IMG/VR virus record: IMGVR_UViG_2547132519_000001
Location: 1-64,000 of that record
Direction: 5' to 3' (one strand)
Length of the DNA: 64,000 nucleotides
From: a virus
Lineage: Duplodnaviria > Caudoviricetes
Positions within the stretch are counted from its first letter, which is position 1, and each line of letters begins with the position of its first letter. The notes under the pieces are model-generated. The model made no database searches, had not been told where the DNA came from, and was given only the letters and a program-made list of their open reading frames with translations. This document shows positions 10,529 to 20,928 of the stretch, piece after piece. The position numbers were made by a program, and so were the translations under genes.

Positions 10529-11329
10529 TTATACAAGATCTGTAGGTGTATATATTACAAGGAACATTGCCGAAAACAAACCGCCGCAAGAATAATCATT
10601 ATGGTTGAACCACCTTACTCTAAATTCAATTCCGTCAATCTTAGTAATATCAATTGTAACGTTAGCTGTATCGCAACCAATAGGTATAAATATAGCATTG
10701 TTACCTATTCCACTAATATTACAAATGTATGATTCTTCAGTATATGATCCTGGTTCAATAGTATCTACATTATCGTTGACTTGGTATATTTCAAATTTCT
10801 TAAAATAGTTATTAGATACGTTTTTTGTATAATAACGGGAATCGTGATCTTTCGAATCTGCTTTTTTATGTAAGTCAAACACGGAAGATGAGATCTTATC
10901 GTTTAGGGCTGTTTGTTGCTTAATTGAAATAGGCTTATCTTGATCTGATGTATTGTTAACTTTCTCTAAACCAATATTTTCAGCAGTAATATTAACATTT
11001 CCATTTCTATAAGTTGTTTCTGAATTTCCTTTTACTCCAGTAACACCAGACGTTGGTAAGTTATCTTTTGTGTATGTATTGGATTGTATGTACAACTCAT
11101 TCCAATCATTACCTGGAGCACATACCCAGACCATATCTTCGATATTAACATTACCATCACACTTTACAACATAATCTTTGCCCTTGTATAACACCTTACA
11201 CTTCTTGGTTGATAAATTATCAATAACCTTAGCGCGAAATGTTTTGTCATACTTTAATGAGTCTGCTTTTATGCTGAATAAATAATTAAGATCTTCGGCA
11301 ATTTTTTTATATACATCTTGAAAATTCAA
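10529..11329 (-). CDS. Tail protein (OB-fold-like N-terminus, fibre-like repeat)
   Basis: GVTGVKGNSETTYRNGNVNITAENIGLEKVNNTSDQDKPIS fibre-type segment. Confidence 0.65.
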   Translation of the reverse strand: MNFQDVYKKIAEDLNYLFSIKADSLKYDKTFRAKVIDNLSTKKCKVLYKGKDYVVKCDGNVNIEDMVWVCAPGNDWNELYIQSNTYTKDNLPTSGVTGVKGNSETTYRNGNVNITAENIGLEKVNNTSDQDKPISIKQQTALNDKISSSVFDLHKKADSKDHDSRYYTKNVSNNYFKKFEIYQVNDNVDTIEPGSYTEESYICNISGIGNNAIFIPIGCDTANVTIDITKIDGIEFRVRWFNHNDYSCGGLFSAMFLVIYTPTDLV

Positions 11330-11345
11330 TTGTTCACCATCCTTT

Positions 11346-11369
11346 TAAGGGACTCTTATTAGAGTCCCC
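11346..11369 (-). terminator. Hairpin downstream of tape-measure stop
   Basis: GGGACTCT-AATA-AGAGTCCC perfect stem; weak U-tract. Confidence 0.45.
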
Positions 11370-11371
11370 AA

Positions 11372-14300
11372 TTATCTTATTCCTGACTGTTGAATTATTG
11401 CTCTCTTTAATCCTCCGCTTAATATTCCATTTGCCAAGCCCTCAGTATCGTTACACTCTTGTATGTTAATGTTACCAAATTTAAACTCTTGTGTAGTAAT
11501 ATTAGGACGATTTGGAGAGAAAGTAGAGTAGTCTGTTTTAGACGGAGTGATTTTCCAAGCAGTAGCTAAGTTTTTAAGTAGAGTATCTTGCTGTTCTGGA
11601 TTAAACACTGCCTCATTTCTATGAAGGATCGCAGAAATTTCATCTTGATCCATCTTCTTTAGGCCAAGTAACTTCATCTTTGCTTCACGGTCAGAGGTGG
11701 ACGATGTACCAACCAACCCATTCTCTATGCCGTTTTTATATGCTTTGCCACCTACACCTGGGCCACTATTTACGTATCCTGAACTATCTTTACGAAACGG
11801 AGCACCATCTTCATCGTCGTCATCGTCTTCACTTGCGTTTTCGAGATTATCCCTTACCTCTTCCAGAACATCAAGCATAGACGCTACATTGTCTGTAAGT
11901 TGCTGCCAGCTTGAAGTGTACTCAGATATTATTCCGGCATTTTGATTATACTGTTTAAATGAGTCTATAAGTTCAGTAGCTGTATTAGCAAGCCCTTGCT
12001 TTATACCAGAAAGAACATTTTCTGCATTGGCAGCCGTACCATTCATTGCACCTAGATAATCATAGATGTTCTGCAAATTACCTTCAGCTGACATGGTTTG
12101 ATTCATTTGAGCCAATAGATTATTTATGCCGGTTAAAGCCTGATCGTAGGAGAGTGTACCTTCTTTGTAAGAGCTGATATAATCCTCCAATAGAGAATAG
12201 ATATTGTTGGTATTATTAATCTGCTCTTGATACTGCCTCAATTGTTCTGCCGTATTTGCGTACATACCAGAGAAGTTATTAAATAGCTCCACATCTTTTC
12301 CAGATAGAACTTTATCCTTCCAACCAACTCCAAGTAAATCATTGGCTTTTGCTTCATTCTGTGCCTGAGTTATTTTTTCGCTAATTTCAGACCACTTATC
12401 AGATATTTTTTGTAAAGAGTCAATCTGATCCTGGTATTTATCATTTAATCCATCAAGAGTTTCCTGTAATTCATCAATCTGAGTCTGGATTTTATCGGTT
12501 TCCATATCAAATTTTGCACTTTGAACTGCTTCTTGGGCATCTCGAAGTTTGTCTGCATTCTGTTCATAGACAACCTGTCCATCGCGGATTACTTTTTCAG
12601 TTGCCTGTTGATTTGCTTTTTGGAGATTGTAAAGGGCCTGTTCGTATTTTAGCTGTAACTGTAGCTCTTTATTTTGCTTATTCATTAAGTCTAGCTTATC
12701 TTGCAAGGCTTTTTTCTGAGCATTATATTCCTCATTTACAGCATCTTTCTGCTCGTTAATGGCATCGATCTGCTCTTTGATGGCTCCGGTTACGGCACTA
12801 ATAACCGTATCGTATTCTTCTTTAACTCCACTCAGTCCATCAGTAACTTTCTGTAGCTCAGAAGAATAATTGTTGATATTGTCAAGTGGCATCTTTAATA
12901 ACTCTTCATTCCACTTTTTGAGATTTTGTACCATAGATGACATCTCAGAATTAACAGACTGTAACTGACCATATAATTCATTCCACCGAGTGGAACCTTT
13001 TTCTTGCTCATCCATTACATTCTTAATTTCAGAAGCCAAATCCTGATACTGATCAATAGTAGTAGCACCGTTAGAAATCAAAGTCTGGTAATAATCAGCG
13101 CTAAGTTTACCACCTGTTGCTGAAGCCACATCACCCCATTTTTCAATTGCAGAAGAAATATCTTTGTACATAGAAACTATAGTATTTAGATTATCAATAG
13201 GCATTTGCTCTAATGCCTGATTGATTTCTTCCTGCTCAATTCTCAGTCCTTGTATTTCATTCTTTGCAGCTTTTACTTTTGCCTGTAATTCCTTGTAGTC
13301 TTTTGATTTGACAGAAACCTTTGCTGCCCTAAGATCAGCCATTTCAGATTCCCATTCAGCAATATCTTGTTCGTTACCAGATATCAAACCCTTATTATTA
13401 TTTTTTTGTTGCTTATAGAAATCTGCATCAATAATTTCTCCGCGCGCTTCCATAAGTTCCATTTGTGACTTGATAATCTTATTGGATTGCTCTAGCTTTT
13501 CGTTTTCAGTATTAATTGCGCTGATTCTATTCTCATGGAGATCCTTAATAGTTTTAATATGTTCTGTTTCGCCGTCAGCCAATTGCTTTTGAGATGCTTT
13601 CAATTTTTCATTTGCGTCGATTGCCGTTTGGACTTTTTTTCCTAAATCGCTTGGTAAAGATTCAATTTCAATTCCACCATTTTCAATCTTATCTTTGTAC
13701 TCAGATGGGATAGCCTTTAGAGCATCTGCATAAGCTTTTGAATACGCTTCGACTTCTTGCTGATATTGTGGTAGCAATGTCTCTGTCTGCATTTTAAGCA
13801 TACCTTGTAATGCATTTTCTTTTGATGCGCCGGGAGCACCAGATTGAATCATTGTGTATAATTCGCCAAGACTTAATCCTGCTTTATCAGCATAACTTTG
13901 TAACTCAGACAGACCTTCGAATGTATTACCAAGACCATTATCAAAAATTGATTTTGCTTTATCAAATTGCTCTTGTGTTAACCCAAGGTATGCAACAGTA
14001 TCCTTATTAGCCAGTTCCTCAAGCTTAGAATACTCATCTTGCATTAATTTAGTTTTGCGAGCAATCCAGTCAACTTCATTTTGAGAGTCTTCTTTTTTCT
14101 TTTTATCTGAACCTGAACCAGCTTTATTAGATTTATTAGCTCCTGCGTAGTTTGCGCTGGCACCTTTACCTTGGTAATTACGAGATGTATTTATGGCATC
14201 TTGTACTTGTTTATCAGCGTCAGCTTTAAGTTTGTCCATCTTTTCTTGATATGCATTTAACTGATTATCAATTGCCATAGACATTCCAAGTCCGGTTCTC

Positions 14301-16531
14301 TGGGATAGAAGGTTATCTAAATTGGCTTTTTGTGTGTTAGCGTCAAAAATATCGCCAGCTTTGGCTTTATTATAAGCTACAAGAGCACTAGTCGCTGAAC
14401 CAATCGTATTAATTAGTGCTATTGCATTCTCAATGTCACCACTCGTATCTAAGATTGTACCGTTTGCATTAGCTTTTTCCAACGCAAGACCAGCAAGTGC
14501 TACTTTTGCAATATCACTTTGAGTTGCTTCATCAATTAGCCCTGGTATTTCGCTTGCTGTAGCATTAGCAAGTGTGTCACTCATTTCTGCTGTATACGCC
14601 TTTTGTGCTGCTAACTGTTCTTGTGTGAAAGCAAGTCTAGATGCCACAACCTCTTCGGCGTTAGCAACACCCATATTTTTTAGCATTGAGGAAATTAAAT
14701 TAGTGTTTTCTTCTGTATAATCGTTTAGTGCGAGTTTACTATCAATCCATGCAGTAGTCAAATCATCAAAAGCTGATTGTGCACCCTTTATGTCCTTGGG
14801 AGAGTCAGATATCGTTTCGATAAAATTGGTATATGATTCACCTAGTTCACCAAAGCTGTCCTTGAAATTTTTATCATCTAATAAGGCGAAGTCAAATGGA
14901 TTCTTGCCCTTCATACTACTCATTATTTTATCCAAGGACTCAAAACCTTCTGAAAGAGAATTTACATTTGATATTACTTCTTCTTTAGATATAGCTAAAG
15001 ATTTTTGACCTGAGTCGCCAACATCACCTTGTACAATATTTAATTTTATTAATTGATCTATGACTTGATCAACTGATAAACCATACTTATCTGCGGCAGC
15101 TTTTAATTTATTAAATACATCATTATTTTCAGCATCATCCATAGCTAGTATATCTTCTTTAGATTTTCCTCGTAAAGATCCTACTATGGTCATGAGATTA
15201 TCTTTATTAGAATTAAGGTCGTCTGCAAAATCATATATACCTGTGTCAGCCTGATTAAATACTTCATTCATAACACTGGCATATTTCTTCCAGTCGGAAC
15301 TGGTTAAATCTATAGTATCTTTAACTTTATTAAGATCATCTCTTGCAGATAAAATCTTCTTTTCATCTCCAGAAGCAATGGCATCATTATATTTTTTAAC
15401 AGCGCTTGTAGCATCACTATACCCTACCGATAATTTGTCGCTCGTAGCTATTTGTGCCACCAATGCTTTATTATAAGTGTCTCCATAATCAGCAATTAAG
15501 TCTTTGGTTTGATTGAGAGACGAACTTGATATGCCAAGAACAGATTTTATGATAGGATCTTTTTCACCATATTTTTCTTTTAAGCTGTCAACGTAGGTCA
15601 TAAAATCATTGATTGCCTTATTAGCTTCAGTGGGGTCAGCACTAAGTCTCAAAGAAAAGGTGCCAGTAGGTGCATATACATCGGGATTTTCTAAATTTAA
15701 TTCATCCTTGTGTGATCTGGCATAGTCAAAGATTGCTTTTCCTGAACCGGAGAACATACCAATATCCTGAGCCACCATGTAGGTTTTCTTTTTAGTCATT
15801 TTCTTTTGAGCTTTATCAATTGTATCTACATTCTCATTTAAATACTTTTGGGCAGCAATTTTATTTAGTTGCCTGATTGCCTCTGTTTGATCTTTATATG
15901 CATCTGTCACAAGATTAAGCCGACCATATTCGTCTCCATATTTCTCATTGAGTTCTTGCTGAAGGGAGAGGAGATCACTCTTTATTTTATGTTGTTCTTC
16001 TTCTGACGTATTGGCATTTGTTAATTCATCATGTAATTTTGAATATCTATTTGCATAATCATCTATAGAACTTGAAACTTCGCCATATGCTTGCGCTGCT
16101 TCGGCAGTTGCTTGTCGAGCTTCTTCAACAGATTGTTTATACTTACTCCATATACCAATACCAGCAGTTACGGCCATTCCAATTAGAAGTAACGGGTTTG
16201 CCATCATTGTAGCCCAGAGACCTTTTAATGCAGATGTAAAACCAGCGGTAGAGAAGCTTGCGCCCTTTTGAGCAGTAGACAATGATGATGTATTAATTGC
16301 AGCTTCAAGTTCTGCCTTACTTAAACCAGAAACTGTAGTTTTTACACCATTTGCATTTTTCTCGAATATTGTCCCAGATAGTATCAATTCTAACTGTGAT
16401 TGTTTTAACTTTCCGCTAGACAATACGCATTTCTGCATACTTAAATCCAATGAATTAAAATAACTCGCTATATTACTACCACTATTTAATTTGCCTAACA
16501 CATTTGAAAGATTTCCGAGGTCTTTAAGTTG
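11372..16531 (-). CDS. Tape measure protein, 3' exon (1,719 codons)
   Basis: Long helical/coiled-coil ORF with ALKGLWATMMANPLLLIG; no Shine-Dalgarno before the TTG at 16534; in frame with the 5' exon after splicing. Confidence 0.88.
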   Translation of the reverse strand, partial: QLKDLGNLSNVLGKLNSGSNIASYFNSLDLSMQKCVLSSGKLKQSQLELILSGTIFEKNANGVKTTVSGLSKAELEAAINTSSLSTAQKGASFSTAGFTSALKGLWATMMANPLLLIGMAVTAGIGIWSKYKQSVEEARQATAEAAQAYGEVSSSIDDYANRYSKLHDELTNANTSEEEQHKIKSDLLSLQQELNEKYGDEYGRLNLVTDAYKDQTEAIRQLNKIAAQKYLNENVDTIDKAQKKMTKKKTYMVAQDIGMFSGSGKAIFDYARSHKDELNLENPDVYAPTGTFSLRLSADPTEANKAINDFMTYVDSLKEKYGEKDPIIKSVLGISSSSLNQTKDLIADYGDTYNKALVAQIATSDKLSVGYSDATSAVKKYNDAIASGDEKKILSARDDLNKVKDTIDLTSSDWKKYASVMNEVFNQADTGIYDFADDLNSNKDNLMTIVGSLRGKSKEDILAMDDAENNDVFNKLKAAADKYGLSVDQVIDQLIKLNIVQGDVGDSGQKSLAISKEEVISNVNSLSEGFESLDKIMSSMKGKNPFDFALLDDKNFKDSFGELGESYTNFIETISDSPKDIKGAQSAFDDLTTAWIDSKLALNDYTEENTNLISSMLKNMGVANAEEVVASRLAFTQEQLAAQKAYTAEMSDTLANATASEIPGLIDEATQSDIAKVALAGLALEKANANGTILDTSGDIENAIALINTIGSATSALVAYNKAKAGDIFDANTQKANLDNLLSQRTGLGMSMAIDNQLNAYQEKMDKLKADADKQVQDAINTSRNYQGKGASANYAGANKSNKAGSGSDKKKKEDSQNEVDWIARKTKLMQDEYSKLEELANKDTVAYLGLTQEQFDKAKSIFDNGLGNTFEGLSELQSYADKAGLSLGELYTMIQSGAPGASKENALQGMLKMQTETLLPQYQQEVEAYSKAYADALKAIPSEYKDKIENGGIEIESLPSDLGKKVQTAIDANEKLKASQKQLADGETEHIKTIKDLHENRISAINTENEKLEQSNKIIKSQMELMEARGEIIDADFYKQQKNNNKGLISGNEQDIAEWESEMADLRAAKVSVKSKDYKELQAKVKAAKNEIQGLRIEQEEINQALEQMPIDNLNTIVSMYKDISSAIEKWGDVASATGGKLSADYYQTLISNGATTIDQYQDLASEIKNVMDEQEKGSTRWNELYGQLQSVNSEMSSMVQNLKKWNEELLKMPLDNINNYSSELQKVTDGLSGVKEEYDTVISAVTGAIKEQIDAINEQKDAVNEEYNAQKKALQDKLDLMNKQNKELQLQLKYEQALYNLQKANQQATEKVIRDGQVVYEQNADKLRDAQEAVQSAKFDMETDKIQTQIDELQETLDGLNDKYQDQIDSLQKISDKWSEISEKITQAQNEAKANDLLGVGWKDKVLSGKDVELFNNFSGMYANTAEQLRQYQEQINNTNNIYSLLEDYISSYKEGTLSYDQALTGINNLLAQMNQTMSAEGNLQNIYDYLGAMNGTAANAENVLSGIKQGLANTATELIDSFKQYNQNAGIISEYTSSWQQLTDNVASMLDVLEEVRDNLENASEDDDDDEDGAPFRKDSSGYVNSGPGVGGKAYKNGIENGLVGTSSTSDREAKMKLLGLKKMDQDEISAILHRNEAVFNPEQQDTLLKNLATAWKITPSKTDYSTFSPNRPNITTQEFKFGNINIQECNDTEGLANGILSGGLKRAIIQQSGIR

Positions 16532-16557
16532 CAATTAAATTAATTAGTAAGTATAAT
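16529..16557 (+). promoter_or_regulatory. Sigma70/SigA promoter for zinc-ribbon gene, overlapping the 3' splice site
   Basis: TTGCAA (16529-16534), 17-bp spacer, TATAAT (16552-16557). Confidence 0.7.
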
Positions 16558-16577
16558 ATATTCAATATAAAAAATTC

Positions 16578-16994
16578 TTGGAGGAGAAAAATATGGCGCT
16601 AATTGAATGTCCTGAATGTGGAAAGCAGGTTAGTGATACTGCAAACGCTTGTCCTAATTGTGGGTATGATATAAAGAGTTTTGTTGAGTATTGCCCACAT
16701 TGTGAATTACTTGATAAAGAAAAGATACTAATGAGTTTTTCAAGAGATCAAAACGTATACACTTGCCCAAAGTGTAACAGAACAATGGGTGTTGCTTCTC
16801 CAGAAGCAGAAGCTAATTGGGCAGCACAGAGACAAATGGAACAAAATCTTCCCAAATGTCCATATTGTAGTTCTACCAATTTGAAGAAAATTTCTGGTCT
16901 ATCTAAAGCTGGTAGTGTAGCTTTGTGGGGTGTTTTTGCCATGGGTAAAGTAAGCAAGCAATGGCATTGTAATAGTTGTAAATCAGATTTTTAA
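16578..16994 (+). CDS. Zinc-ribbon protein with hydrophobic segment (true start probably ATG 16593)
   Basis: Six CxxC pairs; GGAGGAG RBS before MALIECPECG. Confidence 0.85.
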   Translation: MEEKNMALIECPECGKQVSDTANACPNCGYDIKSFVEYCPHCELLDKEKILMSFSRDQNVYTCPKCNRTMGVASPEAEANWAAQRQMEQNLPKCPYCSSTNLKKISGLSKAGSVALWGVFAMGKVSKQWHCNSCKSDF

Positions 16995-17091
16995 TTTATA
17001 TGATAATTCAATCTATCTGAAGTAAATTAACTTTGCTTAATTCATCTATTTCATTTTGTAGTTTATTTATATTTTTATCTAAAGTTAAGTT

Positions 17092-17134
17092 ATAAAACAA
17101 AAAAGGCCTTATTTAAGACCTTTTTTTGTTTTAT
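17092..17134 (-). terminator. Intrinsic terminator inside the intron (bidirectional, stronger on minus strand)
   Basis: Minus RNA AGGUCUUA-AA-UAAGGCCU-UUUUU within a longer inverted repeat, between convergent genes. Confidence 0.75.
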
Positions 17135-17140
17135 AATATT

Positions 17141-18034
17141 TTATTCGATTTCACTATTTAAATTATCAAATGTCTCCGATCTAACCATTTCTGAGCTTCC
17201 ATCAGCGGACGACATACAATGATATGCTTGATTGTTAGTCATTAATATGAAGCTTATGATGGTTTTCTTATCATAGTATGTACTATTTCCTTCCACAGCA
17301 AAACTCAACATTTTTCTTTCGCCAGGACTGATAGTTATGGAGTCTAAATTTATTACCGATGTTGATCCTGCTTCTACAAGTTTTAAATCGCGATTTAAAT
17401 TACTATAATCATGATTATATAATTTGGCGAATTCACTGTATATAATTACATCATTGTCACTATTATTTTTATATTCCATTACTATGTATTTGGCATTGGG
17501 GTTAGTTTTGGTGTTCATGTATACCTTATACTTAGGTATATTATTTGTCTTGTTAACCCTTGCTCCGTCATCACCATAATAAGCGCTGTCCTTAGCATAG
17601 CAATTACGTAGCATATATCCATCTGTACCTACCCAGTACCATTTTCCATTGACTTTAAGATCTGTATTTTTCGGGTATGAGCCATCTGCATACTGATACC
17701 ACCAACCATTTTCATCTTGTCTCCAGCCGTCAGAATTATAAATAGAAGAGTACATATCATTATTTAAACTGTGTCCCATGATTGCTCCGTCGGAATCAGT
17801 TTGATACCCGTTAAATAACTGTGTATTAGGCAATAAGTATCCATCTTGGTTAGTGTAATATAATTTCCCTTCCTTTATGAAAAAACTACAAGTTGGGTAC
17901 GTTCCATCGTTATATCTATACCATGTTCCAACATTATCTGTTGCCCAAGCCCCCATATATACTGTTGCATAAGAAACTATTGTACAATTAAAAATAAATA
18001 ACATAAAAATAAAGCTAGTTAGTATCTTTTTCAT
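17141..18034 (-). CDS. Secreted protein with cell-wall (choline-binding-type) repeats
   Basis: Signal peptide; GWRQDENGWWYQYADGSY and KWYWVGTDGYM repeats. Confidence 0.85.
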   Translation of the reverse strand: MKKILTSFIFMLFIFNCTIVSYATVYMGAWATDNVGTWYRYNDGTYPTCSFFIKEGKLYYTNQDGYLLPNTQLFNGYQTDSDGAIMGHSLNNDMYSSIYNSDGWRQDENGWWYQYADGSYPKNTDLKVNGKWYWVGTDGYMLRNCYAKDSAYYGDDGARVNKTNNIPKYKVYMNTKTNPNAKYIVMEYKNNSDNDVIIYSEFAKLYNHDYSNLNRDLKLVEAGSTSVINLDSITISPGERKMLSFAVEGNSTYYDKKTIISFILMTNNQAYHCMSSADGSSEMVRSETFDNLNSEIE

Positions 18035-18088
18035 GTAATTTACTCCTTTATCTCTTTCATTTAATAGGATCTACTCTCTGGCGTTCAA

Positions 18089-18775
18089 TTATTCCTCTAT
18101 GTGAAAACGATACAATTTCTTAGCCGGGATTATCCGATAGTATGAATTAACGAAAGAATCGCAGCTAACTGTGAAGTTTAAGGTTGTATTTTCATTGACG
18201 GAAAATTGCTGATATTTACCTACCATAAATATGAAGTCAGTACCTTGGCTGTTTGCTGGAACTATACCATAATCGCAAGGTGTAAAGGTATTCGTATCAT
18301 ACATGAGCAATTTTTTTATCATTCCGTCAGTGTTTACTTCAACAACTGGATCTATAACAATATCCTCTTTCCCTTCATTTATAAATCTACACAGTATTAA
18401 ATCACTAGTTTTTTCTTTTGATCCAGTGGCCCACACAACACTAAAATTTAGACCAGGTGTATTATCTTCAAGTACTCGTCCATCTGCGTCAACTCTGTAT
18501 CCCTCTGGAGTTGTCCAATTATAGGTTAAGCTACCATCAGTGTATAAGTAATGCTTTATGCCATTAACCTCAATAAGTCCGGTTTGCATATATCCATTAG
18601 AATCGAAGTGATATTTTTCTTCGCCAATGGTTAACCAATCGTTCTTAACATAACTACCATCATCATTCTGATACCACCAACCCACACCATCCTGTTTCCA
18701 TTCTCCAGCAAATGATACAATCGTACTGCTTATAGCAATAGTCGCTGACATTAGTAACACAAGTAACTTTCTCAT
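18089..18775 (-). CDS. Secreted protein with cell-wall (choline-binding-type) repeats
   Basis: Signal peptide ending SFA; GEWKQDGVGWWYQNDDGSY, YHFDSNGYMQTG. Confidence 0.85.
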   Translation of the reverse strand: MRKLLVLLMSATIAISSTIVSFAGEWKQDGVGWWYQNDDGSYVKNDWLTIGEEKYHFDSNGYMQTGLIEVNGIKHYLYTDGSLTYNWTTPEGYRVDADGRVLEDNTPGLNFSVVWATGSKEKTSDLILCRFINEGKEDIVIDPVVEVNTDGMIKKLLMYDTNTFTPCDYGIVPANSQGTDFIFMVGKYQQFSVNENTTLNFTVSCDSFVNSYYRIIPAKKLYRFHIEE

Positions 18776-18804
18776 ACAAATCCCTCCTGTAAGCTGTTTT
18801 ATGT

Positions 18805-18813
18805 ATTATAACA
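18805..18813 (-). promoter_or_regulatory. Extended -10 promoter for the cell-wall-binding genes
   Basis: TG-T-TATAAT about 30 nt upstream of the ATG at 18775. Confidence 0.55.
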
Positions 18814-18864
18814 TGGAGAGAGTATTAATTCTATAAAAAGAGAAATTTAAGTATTGGATTTAAA

Positions 18865-19332
18865 CTATGATAACTCTAAACGCTCATATAATTCACATAA
18901 AGCTACTTGGACATTCGTGACTCGATCACTTACTTCGCTAATAGTGATAGGTTTTAAACCATCATTAGAAGGAAACTTTGAAATTAATTCATCAATTTCC
19001 ATCTTTTTAGTATCATCTAACTCATAGTGATATTTGGTTTCATAAGTAATTTTATCTACTGGCTCTATATCGATATAATCAACCATTTCTGTGTTGAATT
19101 CACCAGTTTCAATTTCTGACTCATCTAAAATGGGAATTTTAATTTCTCTTTGTTTTTTGACCTCTTCATTGACTGTTATTTTGTTCTCAATTACTTCTGA
19201 TACAATCTTATATGCAGTGTAATAAATCTGTTCACCTTCTGGTAAATTTTCCATTGGGATCGAATTATCAAGATCACCAACTAAACAATAATTACCTGTT
19301 AAATAATTATTGCTATCTATCTGAACTTTCAT
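18865..19332 (-). CDS. Hypothetical protein following tail fibres (possible assembly chaperone)
   Basis: 155-aa acidic ORF with GGAGG RBS; C-terminal VQVALCELYE. Confidence 0.7.
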   Translation of the reverse strand: MKVQIDSNNYLTGNYCLVGDLDNSIPMENLPEGEQIYYTAYKIVSEVIENKITVNEEVKKQREIKIPILDESEIETGEFNTEMVDYIDIEPVDKITYETKYHYELDDTKKMEIDELISKFPSNDGLKPITISEVSDRVTNVQVALCELYERLELS

Positions 19333-19344
19333 GTTAAAATCCTC

Positions 19345-20928
19345 CTATGATTGATACGTTTTATATTTGATACCTACGACTTTTGTTATATGAGATTGGG
19401 TTTGACTGATAGAGAGACTGGTATGTGTTGAGGTAACAGGAAGAATGTTAGTATAAGCAGGAGAAGTCTGATACCCAAAAAGACATGATATATAAGTATT
19501 AGTTGGCTTTAAATCTATAAGTGGTATTATCTCATCTTTAGAAATTTCCTTATAATCATAATGTTTTGCCGATACATTATTTATACTATAAAAATAAACT
19601 CCCAACTTATCATAATTGTTTATAGAATCTAATAAATTAATTGTATTAGAAACTGCCGTAGTACCATCTGTTCCTATATTGCCTTCAAATAATACTGTTT
19701 CTTCTATTAAGCCTTGAATAGACATGAAATATGTAGGTTCATACTTTATACAAAATAAAACAGCAGTATTCGTGGGTCTGGAGGTGTATACTGTTGGTTG
19801 ATTTATAAACCCGCTAGTGGTTATCCATCTGTTTGATCCGCCTATTTGGGAAATATATATACCTTTAGAGCTGTTAATTGTATTATCAATATTACTAGGT
19901 GCAGCTCCTCCTGTAGTTAAATTTGATCCAATCCAAAAATCATTAAGATTGGCATTTGTTGAAGTATAAAGATAAGGATATATTGTACCACTTTGATGTA
20001 CACCGATCTCCTCAGATAATTTTTCTACTTTATCTCCATGGTAGCCCCGTATAAACTCATTTCTCAAATCTGGCAAAGCAAAGGTCGCGGTTCCATCTCC
20101 GCCAAAGAAGTTAAAAGTGCCAAACTGATCCTTTATATATTGAGATAGGTGTGGATAGTCTGTAATATTGTGAACAGAACCATCGCAAACGAGATAGTGG
20201 CTCGGTGCTGTCTTACCCATTACAGATATAATATTACCAACTGGGGTATCCTCAATGCCTTGGGTAGTGTTAATATAATTTACTGGGTCGATAGTAACGC
20301 TTTCTATGTTTATTCCTTTAATAGAAGTTATGGATACCTTGTCTACCTGTGAGATACTAAAAGGATTATTGACCCCGTCTATATGTATTACAGTAGGAGA
20401 CTTAAACCACGCTCTTATACTCATATGTGCTCCACCCCAAGAGTTAGTAACACTTGTTGTAACGTTATCCATTAAAAAAAGAACTGACCCATCTGACGGA
20501 GAATATGTATTTGTATTATTGTAAACTATTTCAGTAACATTGAGCATATTTAATTCTGACTTAAATTTATAAGTGGAATCTACAGCAAATTGAACACTAA
20601 TTATATTATAGTTTTCTATGCTTTCTTTTAATGGAATATCTATATTAATTGATGTAAAGACAGGAGAACCGTTATTTGCTGGAATTGTAACAGGAAAAGT
20701 AAATGTAGAACTCAATAATTCCTTGATTCCTCTCGTATTTACAGTTTTCTGTGCTATACTTATATCATCCATAGTTTTTACTGCATCTTGTAATCCAGTA
20801 ATAGCTGATATTGGATGTGAATCCTCAGCATCTCTTCCAGGAATAGAATTATGAGTACCTGCTATAGTTTTAACAAATTTTTTAACACTATCAACTGTAA
20901 CACCTAAATTTGTTTTATTGATTCCTAT
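19345..20928 (-). CDS. Tail-collar fibre paralog 3 (frame extends 52 codons upstream of 20772 to an ATA)
   Basis: Tail collar motif PVGNII...YLVCDG...FALPDLRNEFIRG; extension IGINKTNLG...HPISAITGLQ matches paralog 2; RBS GAGGTGAG. Confidence 0.8.
   Translation of the reverse strand: MGINKTNLGVTVDSVKKFVKTIAGTHNSIPGRDAEDSHPISAITGLQDAVKTMDDISIAQKTVNTRGIKELLSSTFTFPVTIPANNGSPVFTSINIDIPLKESIENYNIISVQFAVDSTYKFKSELNMLNVTEIVYNNTNTYSPSDGSVLFLMDNVTTSVTNSWGGAHMSIRAWFKSPTVIHIDGVNNPFSISQVDKVSITSIKGINIESVTIDPVNYINTTQGIEDTPVGNIISVMGKTAPSHYLVCDGSVHNITDYPHLSQYIKDQFGTFNFFGGDGTATFALPDLRNEFIRGYHGDKVEKLSEEIGVHQSGTIYPYLYTSTNANLNDFWIGSNLTTGGAAPSNIDNTINSSKGIYISQIGGSNRWITTSGFINQPTVYTSRPTNTAVLFCIKYEPTYFMSIQGLIEETVLFEGNIGTDGTTAVSNTINLLDSINNYDKLGVYFYSINNVSAKHYDYKEISKDEIIPLIDLKPTNTYISCLFGYQTSPAYTNILPVTSTHTSLSISQTQSHITKVVGIKYKTYQS

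Noticed and set aside
16532-16534. TTG as independent start of a 1,720-aa protein
   Set aside because: No Shine-Dalgarno in the upstream AT-rich sequence; the G fits omega-G
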